Below are positions 46,124-59,271 of a stretch of DNA of 64,000 nucleotides, one piece after another. The position numbers and the translations under genes were made by a program. Location: the NCBI GenBank assembly GCA_026770705.1, contig JANJGN010000071.1, forward strand, positions 434,001-498,000, written 5' to 3'. The notes under the pieces were generated by a model. That model did no database searches. It saw nothing but the letters and a program-made list of their open reading frames with translations, and was not told the origin of the DNA. The DNA comes from Isurus oxyrinchus (Eukaryota). Within the stretch, counting starts at the first letter, position 1, and each line of letters begins with the position of its first letter.

Positions 46124-49100
46124 TGTGGTGAACAGCCTGAGATCGAGCTACATGACATGAGATGACCCTCGACGCTTTGGTCAGACCACAACAGAGACAC
46201 AGCATCAGAGAGGGTTGAAATCGCAGTGTACTGACTCTCAGGAAACCTTTGAAGACACAGTGACGGGAAAGAGCTCAAGTAAAGAGCTGGGGAGCAGACG
46301 GATCCCTCGTGGTGGGATTACAGCACACGGCCTGTAGGTCAGTGAGTGGGATAGTGTGTATCGCCAGGACCAGCAGCGGGTTAGCTCAGTCAGGGAAGGC
46401 GAGTGACCAGGGTGTGGGCTGGATCGATAGTGAGCGAGGGAGAGTCAAACACACAAAAACCATTATAAAAATCAGCCCAGAGAAGTTAGTGATTATAACG
46501 GGCGGCTTCGAGATTGCTGAACAGCAAATTGAATAAAAAACAAAGACTCCATTACTCCGTGGTGTGTTCCTGCCGCAACCCATCTTCGTGGGCGGAGCTT
46601 CGGAAAAGCACGTGAAAGGGGCTAAAGCGACACTCATCCCAGGTCCTGTAGGAGAAGGAAGGTCAAAGGAATATTGTCAGAATGTCCACAAAATTCCCCA
46701 GTTTGAACTGGGATGTAGCTGACCGACTATCTGAATTCAGAATGTTTAAACAGCGTACAGAACTCTGGTTTCCTGATTCTGGTGTGACTGAACCAGACGA
46801 ACCACCCATAAAAATTCACCTCGCGATTGGGAATGAAGGTCTACACAGGCTGAAGACATCAGGATTAACAGCAGAAGAGCGAAAGGATCCCCAATAGACA
46901 CGGACGGTATTGGAAGACAGTTTCAGAATCAGGTGAAACTCCAAATTCATCAACTAGAGTTTATGTCATTTCATCAGCCGACACAATCCATAGACCACTT
47001 CATCAGCCGATGTAGAGAAAAGGGTACGCACTGTGATTTCAAACACAGAGCCTGCAGACAGAGTTGTTGAGTTGGCGATCGCATCCACTCCCATGGAAGC
47101 CTTCCAGAAAGATCTGCTAGATAAGACCAAAACCTATAGCATTGAAGAGCTACTCAAGGATGGACATAAATACGAAGTAATCCTCGCAGGTCAACGAAGC
47201 TTACAGGTCCTCAGTACAACATCAATTGTTGACACACTCACTAGCACATCCAAACCTAGTGAGACGTGTGGCAGGCACCAAGGAAATCCCCAGCTTTCCA
47301 CCAATCCTGCAAGGCTTGTAGCAGAAAGGGCCATTGACAGCAGCAGGGCACTAGAGCAAAGGCTGATGCAGCTACAAAGAGCCGTGCGCTGATCCAAACA
47401 GACCCTACACAACGGGGAACCTTCAAGCAATAAGAATGACCATCCGCTATCCCATCAGGAACATATACATGTGGTGACTGACAAGCCAGGAAATGGCGAT
47501 GATGTGCATGACGAGACGAGGTGCGGTGATCGATATTCCACCTCTCACACATATCCTGACGTGGCTTGCCAATAAATTGTGGATTGTTGTCCTTCATGAT
47601 ATCTCTGGGCACATCAAAGAAACTGAAAATGTCCCATAGGTGTTAGATTTTCTGGCCCCACCCACTGCCAGGATTGTCCGGTCCGGCCGAAAGCCAATGG
47701 ATTTATATTTGTCCCAATCTCCCACGGCAGGTCCCACCATGACTGGGCCGGAAAACCCCGGCTTAGAGTTTTTGCAACACTTGTGCTCAACGTATTGTGC
47801 AACTGTTGAACAATTTCACACCTATTACACCATCAATCTCATGGAGAACAGATGCCGTCACTTCACCCGCACTATTGGCCAAGATTCCAATTATCTGCCC
47901 TGAGAAAGTTTCTACCTCCCCTTTATTGGCCAAGATTGATACAGGGACAAGTGCCAACATTCCCCTCCCCCAGCCCACCCCAGCAAATTTTCAAAGACAT
48001 ATATCCAAGGACATGGAAGTCCATGGGGAAACCTACTGCTGTGTACAACACTTCACCAACTCCATGTGCAGAATCCATAGTCCTAGAGTGCAAGTACAAT
48101 CAATCTTCCTGGGTGTCACAGATGTTCTACATCGTGCAGAATAAAGGCTGAGCAATTGCAAGTCTACCAGCATGCGGTGACCTCACACTAGTGACAATCC
48201 ATGGAATCTGTCAGACCTCACATGGGTCAACCTCAGAAACTACCCCATCACCTCAATTCATTGACATAACATTGAAATATGCAGAAAGTTTCAACAATAT
48301 TGGCAGTTTCAAGGGAGCTGCAACATTACACCTGCAGGAGAATGCAAGTCTGTCAATTGATCCAGTATATTTAGCACAACAGAAATGACAGCAGCTACAA
48401 AAGGGAACAGTGAAAAATTCTACAGGAACTGGGGAAATATCATTGAAAGGGTGGCCTGATTCAGCTTGACCTCATCGGGATAAGTGAGGCATCTCCCAGG
48501 GAACCATTTTTAATGGCAGGCAGGGCATTATACCGGAGCCTTTGTGATCCTATATTCTTCAACAACTTCATCCCTCACACATGGGCACAGATCAGACAAG
48601 GAGACTCACAAGAGATATACTCCCTGGCCGGTTATGAAGAATGACCTTGAAGTCGTTGTAGGGAAGTACGAGGCTTGTCAAGAGGATGAGCCAAGTCAGC
48701 ACAAAGAACCACTGATTCCACAGGAAATTCCTGCCCATTCTTAGTCCAAAATCAGGTCTGAATCCTTTCATTTCCATGTCACTGACTTCATCATCATCGT
48801 CGACAGCTTTACCAGATATCCCGTTATTCAAAAATAGCACAACACACCAAGCACAACTGGTGCACACACTCTAAGCACTATTTTCAGTTTATTTGGTGAG
48901 CCTAGGGACATGATTACAGATAATCTGGAATATCAATCACACTACTTCTTCTCCTCATTACCCCAGATCTAACAGCCTCGCTGAATGAATGATTCACACA
49001 GTGAAATCCCTAATTCTCAAATGTAGACAGGCCAAGCAAGATCCACACATTGCAATGTTACATCTGAGATCGACACCTACAACTGCAACTTTGTTAAATT

Positions 49101-49933
49101 CATTCATGGGATGTGGGAGTCACTGGCCAGGCCAGGATTTATTACCCATCCCTAATGTAAGAGTCAACCACATTGACGTGGAGTCTGGAGTCACATGTCG
49201 GCCAGACAATTTTGTTCCCTAAACGGCACTGGTGAACCAGGTGGGATTTCCAACAATGGTTTTGTGGTCATTGCTAGACTTTGAATTTCATATTTTTATT
49301 AAATTCAAATTCCATCATCTATTATGGTCAGATTAGAACCCATATTCTCAGGCCATTACCCTGGGTCTCTGAATTACTCATCCAGCAACAATACCACTAC
49401 ACCATCACCTCACCTTATTCCATCACTGACAGAGAGCATGTTTGGTGGGCCAGTAGTGACCAATTTCGCTACTCTTACCCATTCTACTCTCTCAGAAACC
49501 AGAGGGCAACTTTTAAAACTACAAGAGAAGATAAGGAATGTTCATGATAAAAATGGAGGTGCAGAGTTGCCAAGTTTACAGTTGGGACAAGTTCACATCC
49601 AGCATCCCACAGAAGGTTCATGACCACCAGCCGAGGTGACGAGGATTTGTTCAGAACCAAGGGCCTATGGAGTCAAACACACAAGGGCACAGCGGTGAGG
49701 CGGAACCAAGGATAAATCAGATCCATTCCCGCTCCTATTCCATCGAGGAGAAGATCCCACATGAAATCAGGAACAACATCCAAGGATGACAATCCCACAG
49801 ATCACTGTGAGCAGTTAAAGACACCTCCGGACAAGGGAACCAGCACAAGATCTGGGTGTACCAGAAGGTTAAATCCACACTTTAGAGAGTCAAATATTCA
49901 ACAGTTCCGTACACTTATGTAATTGTCAATAAA
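46124..49933 (+). mobile_element. Internally deleted Ty3/Gypsy element (gag, protease, integrase remnants; no recognisable RT)
   Basis: MSTKFPSLNWDVADRLSEFRMFKQ gag start, KIDTGTSANI protease, SSPHYPRSNSLAE...VKSLILKC integrase; absent from the inverted paralogous copy near 63240. Confidence 0.8.
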
Positions 49934-50828
49934 TATGAACATGATATGAGAAACCGCTTGTTCCCTGCCCTTCTGAAAGAGCCATTCCTGCAGCGGGAGC
50001 CTGAAGAGTTACTGATAAGAGATTTAATTTATTGGATTGTAGAATGATCCGGAACTGAAGGAAGCCATTTGGCCCATCGAGGATGTGCTGGGCCTTTGAA
50101 AGATCTGTCCAATTAGTCCCACTCTCACCTCTGATCTCTCCCCCACAGCCCTGCAAAATGTCCCCTTCAAATCAAATCAAATGTATACAACATAATAAAG
50201 CCTCTGTGGACACTATACAATTATTTTGAAATCCAGCTTTTCTAAGCTCATTAAAGCTGTTTTCAGGTTTGAACTAGAGTTAGACAATCAGCCCAATGTT
50301 GCTTCACAGAATGATTTGAAATTCATGGTGAGAATGGACAGGAAGTGTGACACTGAACAGCCTGTCTATTCTAGGAGCTGCTGTGTTGTCTTCATGGGAA
50401 ATTCTTTTTAAAATCAGCAAAAGGCACAAATTTCAGATTATTGCTATCAGGATCCTAGAACCTGGATAGATTTCATCCCCCAGTTTTTATCCCTGATTTT
50501 CAGCTCAACCCATCCCTCCCCATCTCTCACTGACCAACACCTGACATCACCTGAAGTTTAAGATTCTGCTCTCGCTGCTACAATCCTGCCTAACCCTGTA
50601 ACCTCCTCCAGCCCCTACAACCCTCTGAGATCTCTGCTCCCCTCCAATTCTGCTGTCATACAGGGAGTCAGTGTATATCAGTGAGCATAGGGGTGATGGG
50701 TGAATGGGACTTGGTGTGAGTTTGTACACTGGCTCACTGCTGAATCAGTTCCCAGTCACAGCTCAATAAGAATGATCTTTTACGAAGACTATTGACCATA
50801 AATCTGTCCAAGCTGACGATGATATTAC

Positions 50829-50868
50829 CTTGGAAAAGTGACAGGAAGAAGTAAGATTTCCCGATCAT
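50829..50868 (-). CDS. Gene D: signal-peptide exon, proximal copy (MIGKSYFFLSLFQ)
   Basis: Exon 50910-50829; acceptor tctctttcag, donor CAA G|gtaata; phase 1 joins any V exon (..FQVGLSQEW). Confidence 0.85.
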
Positions 50869-51312
50869 TGTCCACTCATAGATATTCCATCAGCTTCTAA
50901 CTCTGAAGTTCTGAAAGAGAAAGGAGTTAATGAGACTTCACCTCTTGTCCGACAGCTCTCGAGAGATCAGAACTGCTTTTAGACAATGTCTTCACTGACT
51001 AATTTGATTCACGGTGGGATGATAGATGCTCTGCAGAGAGTTACAAGGTTTTAAGGAAGAAAAACAATGAAGGATTTGCATTTCTATACAACCTTTCACC
51101 TCCTCAGGGCATCCCAAAGCTCATGTCACTCCACTTCCCTCGCCCCTTGAGCTAGAAGGATGTTCTGTATGACAGACTTGACCCTCACACCCAGATCTCA
51201 ATAATCATTAGAAATCTTTCAAAGGCATCAATCATTGGAGTCTGTCTTCATAAAGTCACAACATCAACAAAGGACGGTGTTGGAAGTGAATTCCAATCAT
51301 TCCGTTACTTAC

Positions 51313-51455
51313 CCAGGACCTGTCCGACTGCTCGCCTGGGGAGGAACTGCCCACACGCTCTGCTTGGGCTGAATGACCTCTTCCTGTGCTGCTCCCTCTG
51401 TGTATTTAATTAGAAAGAGCTGATGTGTCACTGTGAGACAAAAAGAGGAAGTTGG
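51313..51455 (-). promoter_or_regulatory. Gene D: proximal promoter and non-coding first exon
   Basis: Consensus donor CCTGG|gtaagt at 51313; PU.1-like aaagaggaagt near 51442; block repeated at 53066-53205 and 61600-61742; TSS not determinable. Confidence 0.5.
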
Positions 51456-52589
51456 AACAAAGTGAGTGAACAGCACTTTGCTGTGCACTGTCAGTAAACC
51501 CTGTGTCTGTATAAGAATATAAGAACAGAACAAGTAGGATCAGCTGGACACCCTGATATTTTCATTCCCTATATTCCATCAACTCATTTTTTTATCTACT
51601 CACTGAAACTATTTATCTCCCTCTGCAGCCTCTTTGTGTCCTCCTCACAACTTGCTTTCCTGCCCAGCTTATATATTTCCTACCTATCTTCACCATACAG
51701 TCAGAAAATCTGTCTACAATACAGTCAGTCCCTTCATCCAAGTCACTAATGTAGATTGTGAATAGTTGAGGCTTTGAAATATCTGTCTAATTATTCCCAC
51801 GCTCAGCTCTACTCTCTCCTCCAAAGCCCTGCAAAATGTCCCCTTCAAGTATTTATCCAGTTCCCCTTCTGAAAGTTCCTGTTGAATCTGCTTCCACCGC
51901 CCTTTCAGGCAGTGAGTCAATGGTCTCTCTCTGAGCTGCAAAGTGCTAATGTTCTGTGAAATTTAAACTCTGCAGCAGATCAGAGACAATTATGATAACT
52001 CAGAATATTTGACAGTTTTACACACAGACAGCTTTACCTTCCTTCTCTCTTTCAGTTATCTTGCTCCCTTATTGAAGTTTCTAGCAAGGTGAGAATGGAC
52101 AGGAAGTGTGACACTGAACAGCCTGTCTATTCTAGGAGCTGCTGTGTTGTCTTCATGGGAAATTCTGACTAAAATCAGCAAAGGATACAAATTTCAGGCC
52201 ATTGCCATCAGAGTCCTAGCACCTGGATATATTTCATCCCCCAGTTTTTATCCCTGACTTTCTGCTCAACCCATTACTCCCCGTCTCTCACTGACCAACA
52301 CCCGACATCACCTGAAGTTTAAGATTCTGCTCTAGCTGTAACAATCCTGCCTAATTGGGTAACTGTCTCCAGCCCCTACAACCCTCTGAGATCTCTATTC
52401 TTCTCCAATTCTGCTGTCAGACAGGGAGTCAGTGTATTTCAGTGAGCACAGGGGTGATGGGTGAATGGGACTTGGTGTGAGTTTGTACACTAGCTCACTG
52501 CTGAATCGGTTCCCTATCAGAGCTCAATAAGAATGCTATTTTACAAAGACTATTAACCATAAATCTGTCCAAGCTGACGATGATATTAC

Positions 52590-52629
52590 CTTGAAGAAGT
52601 GACAGGAGGAAGTAAGATTTCCCGATCAT
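52590..52629 (-). CDS. Gene D: signal-peptide exon, distal copy (MIGKSYFLLSLLQ)
   Basis: Exon 52671-52590 with intact AG/GT; part of a ~1.76-kb tandem duplication. Confidence 0.85.
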
Positions 52630-53065
52630 TGTCCACTCCCAGATATTCCATTAGCTTCTCACTCTCAAACTCTGAAAGAGAAAGGAGTTAATGAGACCTC
52701 ACCTCTTGTCCGACAGCTCTCGTGAGATCAGAACTGCTTTTAGACAAGACTTACTTGATTCTCCATGGGATGAGAGGTGCTCTGCAGAGAGTTACTAAGC
52801 TTTCAGAAAGAAAAACTATGTAGGGTTTGCATTTCTGTAGCACCTATCACCACCTCAGTATGTCCCAAATCTCATGACCCTGCACTTCCCTCATCCCTTG
52901 AGCTAGAAAGATGTTCTGTACAACTTGAGCCTCACACCCAGATCTCAATAATCAGTAGAAATCTTTCAAAGGCATCAATCATTGGAATCTGTCTTTATAA
53001 AGTCACAACATCAACAAAGGACGGTGTTGGTGGTGGAAGTGAATTCCAATCGTTCTGTTACTTAC

Positions 53066-53205
53066 CCAGGACCTGTCCGACTGCTCGCCTGGGGAGTAAC
53101 TGCCCACACGCTCTGCTTGGGCTGAATGACCTCTTCCTGTGCTGCTCCCTCTGTGTATTTAATTAGAAAGGGTTGATGTGTCACTGTGAGACAAAATGAG
53201 GAAGT
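53066..53205 (-). promoter_or_regulatory. Gene D: distal promoter and non-coding first exon
   Basis: Duplicate of 51313-51455 with donor at 53066 and GAGGAAGT ETS core. Confidence 0.5.
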
Positions 53206-53269
53206 TGGAACAAAGTGAGAGAACAGCACTTTGCTGTGCACTGTCAGTAAACCCTGTGTCTGTATAAGA

Positions 53270-56215
53270 ATATAAGAACAGAACAAGTAGGATCAGCTGG
53301 ACACCCTGATATTTTCATTCCTTATATTCCATCCACTCATTTTTTTGTCCCCTCTCTGAAACTATTAATCTCCCTCTGCAGCCTCTTTGTGTCCTCCTCA
53401 CAGCTTGCTTTCCTGCTCAGCTTATATATTTCCTACCTATCTTCACCACACAGTCAGAAAATCTGCCTACAGTATAGTCAGTCTCTTCATCCAAGTCACT
53501 AATGTAGTTTGTGAATAGTTGAGGCCTCAGCACTGATCCCTGTGGCTCTCCACTAGTTACAGTTTACCAAGCTGAAAATCACCCATTTATCCTGGCTCTC
53601 TGTTTCCTGTCAGTTAGCCAGTCCTCTATCCGTATTAATATATCCCCCCCAACACCATCCAATTTCACCCTGTGCAGTATCCTTTGATGTGGCACCTTAT
53701 CGAAAGCCTTTTGGAAATGCAATGTCATGAAGAGATATTTGTGTGTAAAATGTCCTTGGAAATTATTTTTTAAAATAGAATTCTAGTGGTGGTCCATGTA
53801 TAGGTGTGTGTCTGGGTGTGTCTTAATTGGATTAAAGCCAGCTGGTCTGTGTGCTTTGATGTTTAGTAGTTTTGAGATGTTAATTGGGTGAATTGTGAGG
53901 AGAACAGTTAAGTGTTCATTTGCAATTGTTGAATAAACCATTCCAGACTGGGGGTAAAATCTTGCACCTAGTTAGAAGGAGCCAAAAGATGTGTTTTTTC
54001 TTGAACTTACTAATGAAATTGGTGCTATGAAAGGGGGTTTTATTGTTCGAAGAGCTGGAGTTCAGAAGACCGAGTGATACAATGGAAAATTTACATTCAA
54101 AGGGAAAGCTAGCTATATAAAGGAAGGAGTTTGTGTGTGTGAGGCAGGAGCGTTTCAGACCTAACCAGCCTGTAGCCTCCAACCAACTTCTAAAGGAACC
54201 TCATTCGGAATTCATAATGTCAAATGTGCTTTGCCTGGTGTCTACATTATGTCAATGGTTCATTGTTGCCTTAGGAGAGATTTATGTACGGGTGATTAAT
54301 TTGGGGATTTGTTAAAATGTTATTATAGTAGTTATTTGTAGCCAATGTGTATGTGTTAAATTTGTTGTTAAATTAATAAATGGTTTATTTAGTTTTATAT
54401 AAAAAACCCACAATCCTCGGTGGTCTTATTCCTACTGAATTCAAAGTCTTCATCTCGACATTACAAACAGCAAAATTGGGTTATGACAGTTGTTTCAATT
54501 TTCCCTCTGGGATTTGAACAACTCAGCCTTTACCCTTGGCTGTGTCATAGTCCCTAATACACCACATCTACAGGTTCCCCTTTATCCAATCCACTTGTTA
54601 CATCCTCGAGGAAATCTAATTATTTTTTCAAACATGATATCCCTTTCACAAACCCATGTTGACTCTGTCTGATTGAATTATGGATTTCTAAATGTCCTGC
54701 TGCTCCCTCCTTCATAATGAATTCTGGTATTTTCCCAATGACAGATGTTAGACTAACTGACCTGTAGTTTCTTGCTTTCTACCTCCTCCCTTTATTGAAC
54801 AGAGGTGTTTTATTTATGTTTTTCCAATCCGCTGGGACCTTCCCATAATCTAAGGAATTCTGGAAGATTACAACCAATGCATCCACCGTCTCTGCAGCCA
54901 TTTCCTTTCAGACCCTCACATTCAGGCCGTCTGCTCCATGGGACTTGTCAGCATCTGTCTCATTAGTTTTCTTAATACTTTTTCTCTGGTGATAGTGATT
55001 GTTTTATGTTCCTCCCTCCTTGTTGCACCGTGACTTTCTCCTGCTATTGGGATGGTTTTAGAGATTTTTACTGTGAAGACAGACACAAAATTCTTGTTGA
55101 AAGTCTCTGTCATTTCCTTGTTTCCCATTATTAATTCCCCAGTCTGATTTTCTATGTGTCCCATTATTACTGTAGCTTCTCTCTTATTTTAATGTACAAC
55201 ATCTCACTGTCATTGTTTATGGTTCTTGCTAGTTTACTCTCATATCATCATTTCTGCCTCCTTATATTTCTCCCCTCACTTTTCTGGTTTCTCAAATATT
55301 CCCAATCTCCAGCCTATCACTAAGCATCCCAACATTGCCGGCTTTATCTCACAATTGGATACCGTCCTTAGCTTCCTGAGTTAGCCACCGATGCTCCATC
55401 CTTTTTATAGATTCTTTCTTTCTTACTGGAAAATATCTTCATTGGAATTTATGAAACATCTCTTTAGATGCCTATTACTCTTCACCTACCCACCCCCCTT
55501 TAACCTGCTGTCCCACTCTACTTGGGCCGACTCTACTTTTAACCCTTGTAATTGCCTTTAGTTAAGTTTATGACACTAGCTTAAGACCCAAGTTTCTAAA
55601 CTGAATATTAAATTTCAACACCGTATGATTACTCTTCCCTTGAGGGTCCTTTACAATGAGATGTTAATTAGTCTTGTCTCATTAAACATTGCCAGGACTA
55701 AAACAGCCTCTTCCCTGGTTGGTTCCATGTTGGATTGTTCTAAAATACTGTCCTGAATACAATCTGTATAACCTCGCTGAAAGCTACATTTGCTAATCTG
55801 ATTTGTCTAATCCATTTGACGATTGAAAACTCCCATGATTAATGTGGTGCCTTTCTCACAGACCTCCTCATGTATTGATTTATAATCTAACCCTGCAGTG
55901 TAACTACTGTCAGGGGGGAGTATAAACAAACCCACCAGTGATTTCTTTCCCTTGCAATTCCTTATGTTCACCCAAACTGACTGTGCATCTTGACATCTGA
56001 GCCAAAATCATTTCTCACTACTTTACAGGTCTCATCTTTTATTAACAGAGCGACCCCACCTCCTTTTCATTTTTCCTATCCTTTCAAAGATTCCAAATAT
56101 CCTTCAATTTTCAATTTCCAACCTTGGTCACTTTGCAACCAACTCTCTGCAGTGTCCATCTTATCGTACCCATTAATCTCTATTTGTGCTATAACTTCAT
56201 TCATTTTGTTCCAAA
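53270..56215 (-). mobile_element. Degenerate CR1 LINE, interrupted by a solo LTR
   Basis: GELIMGNKEMTETFNKNFVSVFT...ITITREKVLRKL and RT-region nucleotide motifs. Confidence 0.75.
53723..54552 (+). mobile_element. Solo LTR nested in CR1
   Basis: Starts TGTCATGA, ends ...tgtgtcatag; related to 58166-58923; CR1 sequence resumes on both sides. Confidence 0.65.
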
Positions 56216-57360
56216 TTTATGTTTTATATATTCATTCTTCCATGGGAAGTGGGCATCACTGGCTAGGCCAGCATTTATGGCCCATCCTTAATTACCTTGA
56301 GAAGGTGGTGGTGAGCTGCCTTCCGGACCCTCTGCAGTCCATGTGGTGTAGGTACACCCACAATGCAGTTAGAGAAGGAAGTCCAAGATTTTGACCCAGT
56401 GGCAGTGAAGGGACGGCGATATATTTCAAAATCAGGATGATGTGTGGCTTGGAGGCGAACTTCCAGGTGGTGGTGTCTGGGCATTTCCATCCCTTGTGAC
56501 AATAAATGTAATATTATAGAAAATGCAAAGGCTTCTTGTAATCTATCACAGAATAAACAAGTTGCAGAATTCAGAAAGCACTTTCTGAAATGTCAACAAA
56601 GTTCAGTGACATCACATTTCTGCTAATTACTATTCGGCCATGTTGGCTGCACGCAGTCAGGCAGTCCCTCGGTTGTGATGTGTCCACACAGCAGTACTGG
56701 GATGCATCAGCATCAAAGGACATGCTTAGTTGTTGCCGTGCAATGCATTTATTGCGAGGCTGTTGCACACACGCCCTGTCGATGGACCCTCTGAATTACC
56801 ATTCTGAATCGAGGCAGATCAACTTTCCTGCAACAACTTGCATTTATATGGCACACTTAATGTAACAAACTGTCCCAAATCTCTTCAGGGGATTGTTACC
56901 TACATATAAATCCATCTCTGAGACACATAATGAGGTATTAGGGACAGGTGACAAAAAGCTGATTTCACAAAGCCAGTTAATNNNNNNNNNNNNNNNNNNN
57001 NNNNNNNNNNNNNNNNNNNNNNNNNNNNNNNNNNNNNNNNNNNNNNNNNNNNNNNNNNNNNNNNNNNNNNNNNNNNNNNNNNNNNNNNNNNNNNNNNNNN
57101 NNNNNNNNNNNNNNNNNNNNNNNNNNNNNNNNNNNNNNNNNNNNNNNNNNNNNNNNNNNNNACTGAATCTCTGTCCCCAATGACTCAGCATCAAGTCGTC
57201 ACTGGGGAAACATTTCATTCAAAACCACACCAACCACAGACCCATTCAGTCCCTTCCTCCCTCTCTCCTCCTCTCCCCCAGTGGGTTGTCTCATGTTCCC
57301 AAGAATCTTCATCCCTGCCACCATCCACAAACCTCCTGACCCCCTCTCCCTTTTTCACGC

Positions 57361-57609
57361 TCAGTTTCTCTTGAATCTGATCTGTGCGTATTCCGTCTGC
57401 TCTTCCCTGTGGACAGACCCATCACCACTGGGCACCCTGAAGACTTGGGGATTGGTGTAGAGAAGGTCGTTGGGATTGTCGGGGTTCCCATGTCCAGCAT
57501 CGCCTCCCACTGGACCTTCAGAGAGACCCCGGGGAGCTGGGGTCTCCCCCTCACTAGTTGTATCTCTGGTTGTGTTCCGGGGCTCAGTAATCAGCACGTT
57601 CTGTTTACC
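57361..57609 (-). CDS. Orphan terminal cytoplasmic exon (LLYTNP; TEYAQI)
   Basis: 249-nt open paralog of 7857-8105 with intact acceptor; 3' UTR homology continues at ~56500-56655; no TM or Ig exons linked to it in the window. Confidence 0.7.
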   Translation of the reverse strand, partial: GKQNVLITEPRNTTRDTTSEGETPAPRGLSEGPVGGDAGHGNPDNPNDLLYTNPQVFRVPSGDGSVHREEQTEYAQIRFKRN

Positions 57610-57754
57610 CTACAGAGAAACGGAAACAGAAGGCATCCTCACATCATTTACTGGCACTGATAGGGTTAAATTATTCTGCAGCCTCGTTAGTATCAGTCGT
57701 GGGTCAGTGGGTTTAACCCTCTCTCACATGTTTTATGAAAGAAAACACCTATGG

Positions 57755-58035
57755 CAGTGCAGTGCTCCCTCAGTACTGACCCTTCGATAGTGCAGCACTT
57801 CCTCAATGCTGACCATCCAACAGTGCAGCACTCCCTCAGTACTGACCCTCCGACAGTGCAGCGCTCCCTCAGTACTGACCCTCCAACAGTGCAGCGCTCC
57901 CTCAGTACTGACCCTCCGACAGTACAGGTCTTCCTCAGTACTGACCCTCTGACAGTGCAGCACTCCCTCAGTACTGACCCTCTGACAGTGCAGCACTCCC
58001 TCAGTACTGACCCTCTGTCAGTCTCACACTCCCTC
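57755..58035. repeat. 33-bp minisatellite in the paralogous last intron
   Basis: Same unit and same relative position as in gene A. Confidence 0.9.
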
Positions 58036-58165
58036 GGTAAGGCTCTGGCGAGTGTCGGCTTGGATTCTGCACTCAGGTGCCTGGTTTGAGGCTCAATAAC
58101 ATGAATCTTGTAATCAGAGAGAGGATGAGAGAGAGAGAAAGAGAGATGAAGGGTCAGAGACAGAT

Positions 58166-58923
58166 CGTTATGAATCTATTAATGTATGTATTGTAATTGG
58201 AAATTGTCTTTTTAAACAGAGGTTTAGTCTGTGGGTGTGTGTGTGTGTGTTTTAATTGGATTAAAGCCAGCCGGTCTGGGGACTTTGATGTATAGTAGTT
58301 TTGAGATGTAAACAAAGAGGTAAAGAGGCATATTGCATTTTTAAAAGGAGGATTCAAAGCCTGGGAGTGAATTCTTAAACCAATCAATGTTGATATTACT
58401 AATAAAATTGATACTATGAAACGGGATTTATAGTTAGAAGAGATGGAGTTCAAAGGTCCTGATGATACAATGAGAATTTACATTCAAAGAGAAGAGCTGG
58501 GTATAACTTGAGCAGTTTTGTGTGTGCAGAGCAGAGGCTTGTAACATCAAAGCAGCTGTAAGCCTGCACCTGTCTGCAATGGAACCAAAGTGAAAGGAAC
58601 CTCATTTGGAATTTGTGAGGTGAAAATGCTTCGCTTGGAATCTGCTTAAAGTCTATGGGTTGTCTTAGAGGACGTTAGTTTGGGAATTTGTTAAAAAGTT
58701 ATGATAGTACTAGTTTGTAGCCATGTGCATATGATTAACTTGTGAAAATTAATAAATGTCTCATGTAGTTTGATATAAAACCATCTCAAGAACTGGTGGT
58801 CTTATTCCTGAATTTAGAGCTGCATCTCAAACATTCCACTGGGAAATATAGGTTATGACAGTTGTTTAAAGTTTCCCTCTGGGATTTTAAACAACAGCCT
58901 TTACCAGTTGCTGTGTCATAACA
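58166..58923 (+). mobile_element. Solo LTR
   Basis: Ends ...gtgtcataaca; homologous to 53723-54552; absent from the equivalent intron of gene A. Confidence 0.65.
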
Positions 58924-59058
58924 GAGAGACAGCATGATATTGAACCATTGCTGACTCCACAGGTACAAATCAGTGGGTAACTGGGCAGGGAATCTGTGAC
59001 ATGTGTTGTCTACACACTGAGATTGAAGCTTTGGAGTGAGTGTAAACAGTTCCTGTAC

Positions 59059-59140
59059 CTGGTGTTTCACAGAGAGTGGACTGGGGGTCAATGCAATGTC
59101 TCTGGTCCCTGAAACTCTCTCCTCCATCGCTGTCTTTCTC
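59059..59140 (-). CDS. Orphan cytoplasmic exon 1 (RKTAMEERVSGTRDIALTPSPLSVKHQ)
   Basis: 82-nt paralog of 6524-6605 with intact splice sites; upstream homology stops at a LINE tail near 59250. Confidence 0.7.
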
Positions 59141-59271
59141 CTGCAATAACACAATATTACACTGTGGTTATCATATAGCAGAGAGTCAGTGCAGCACAGA
59201 CACAGAGCCCACTGTAATCTTAGACCAACGACTGGGACTGTCTCTTTAAATCAGTTCTATACAAAGCACAG

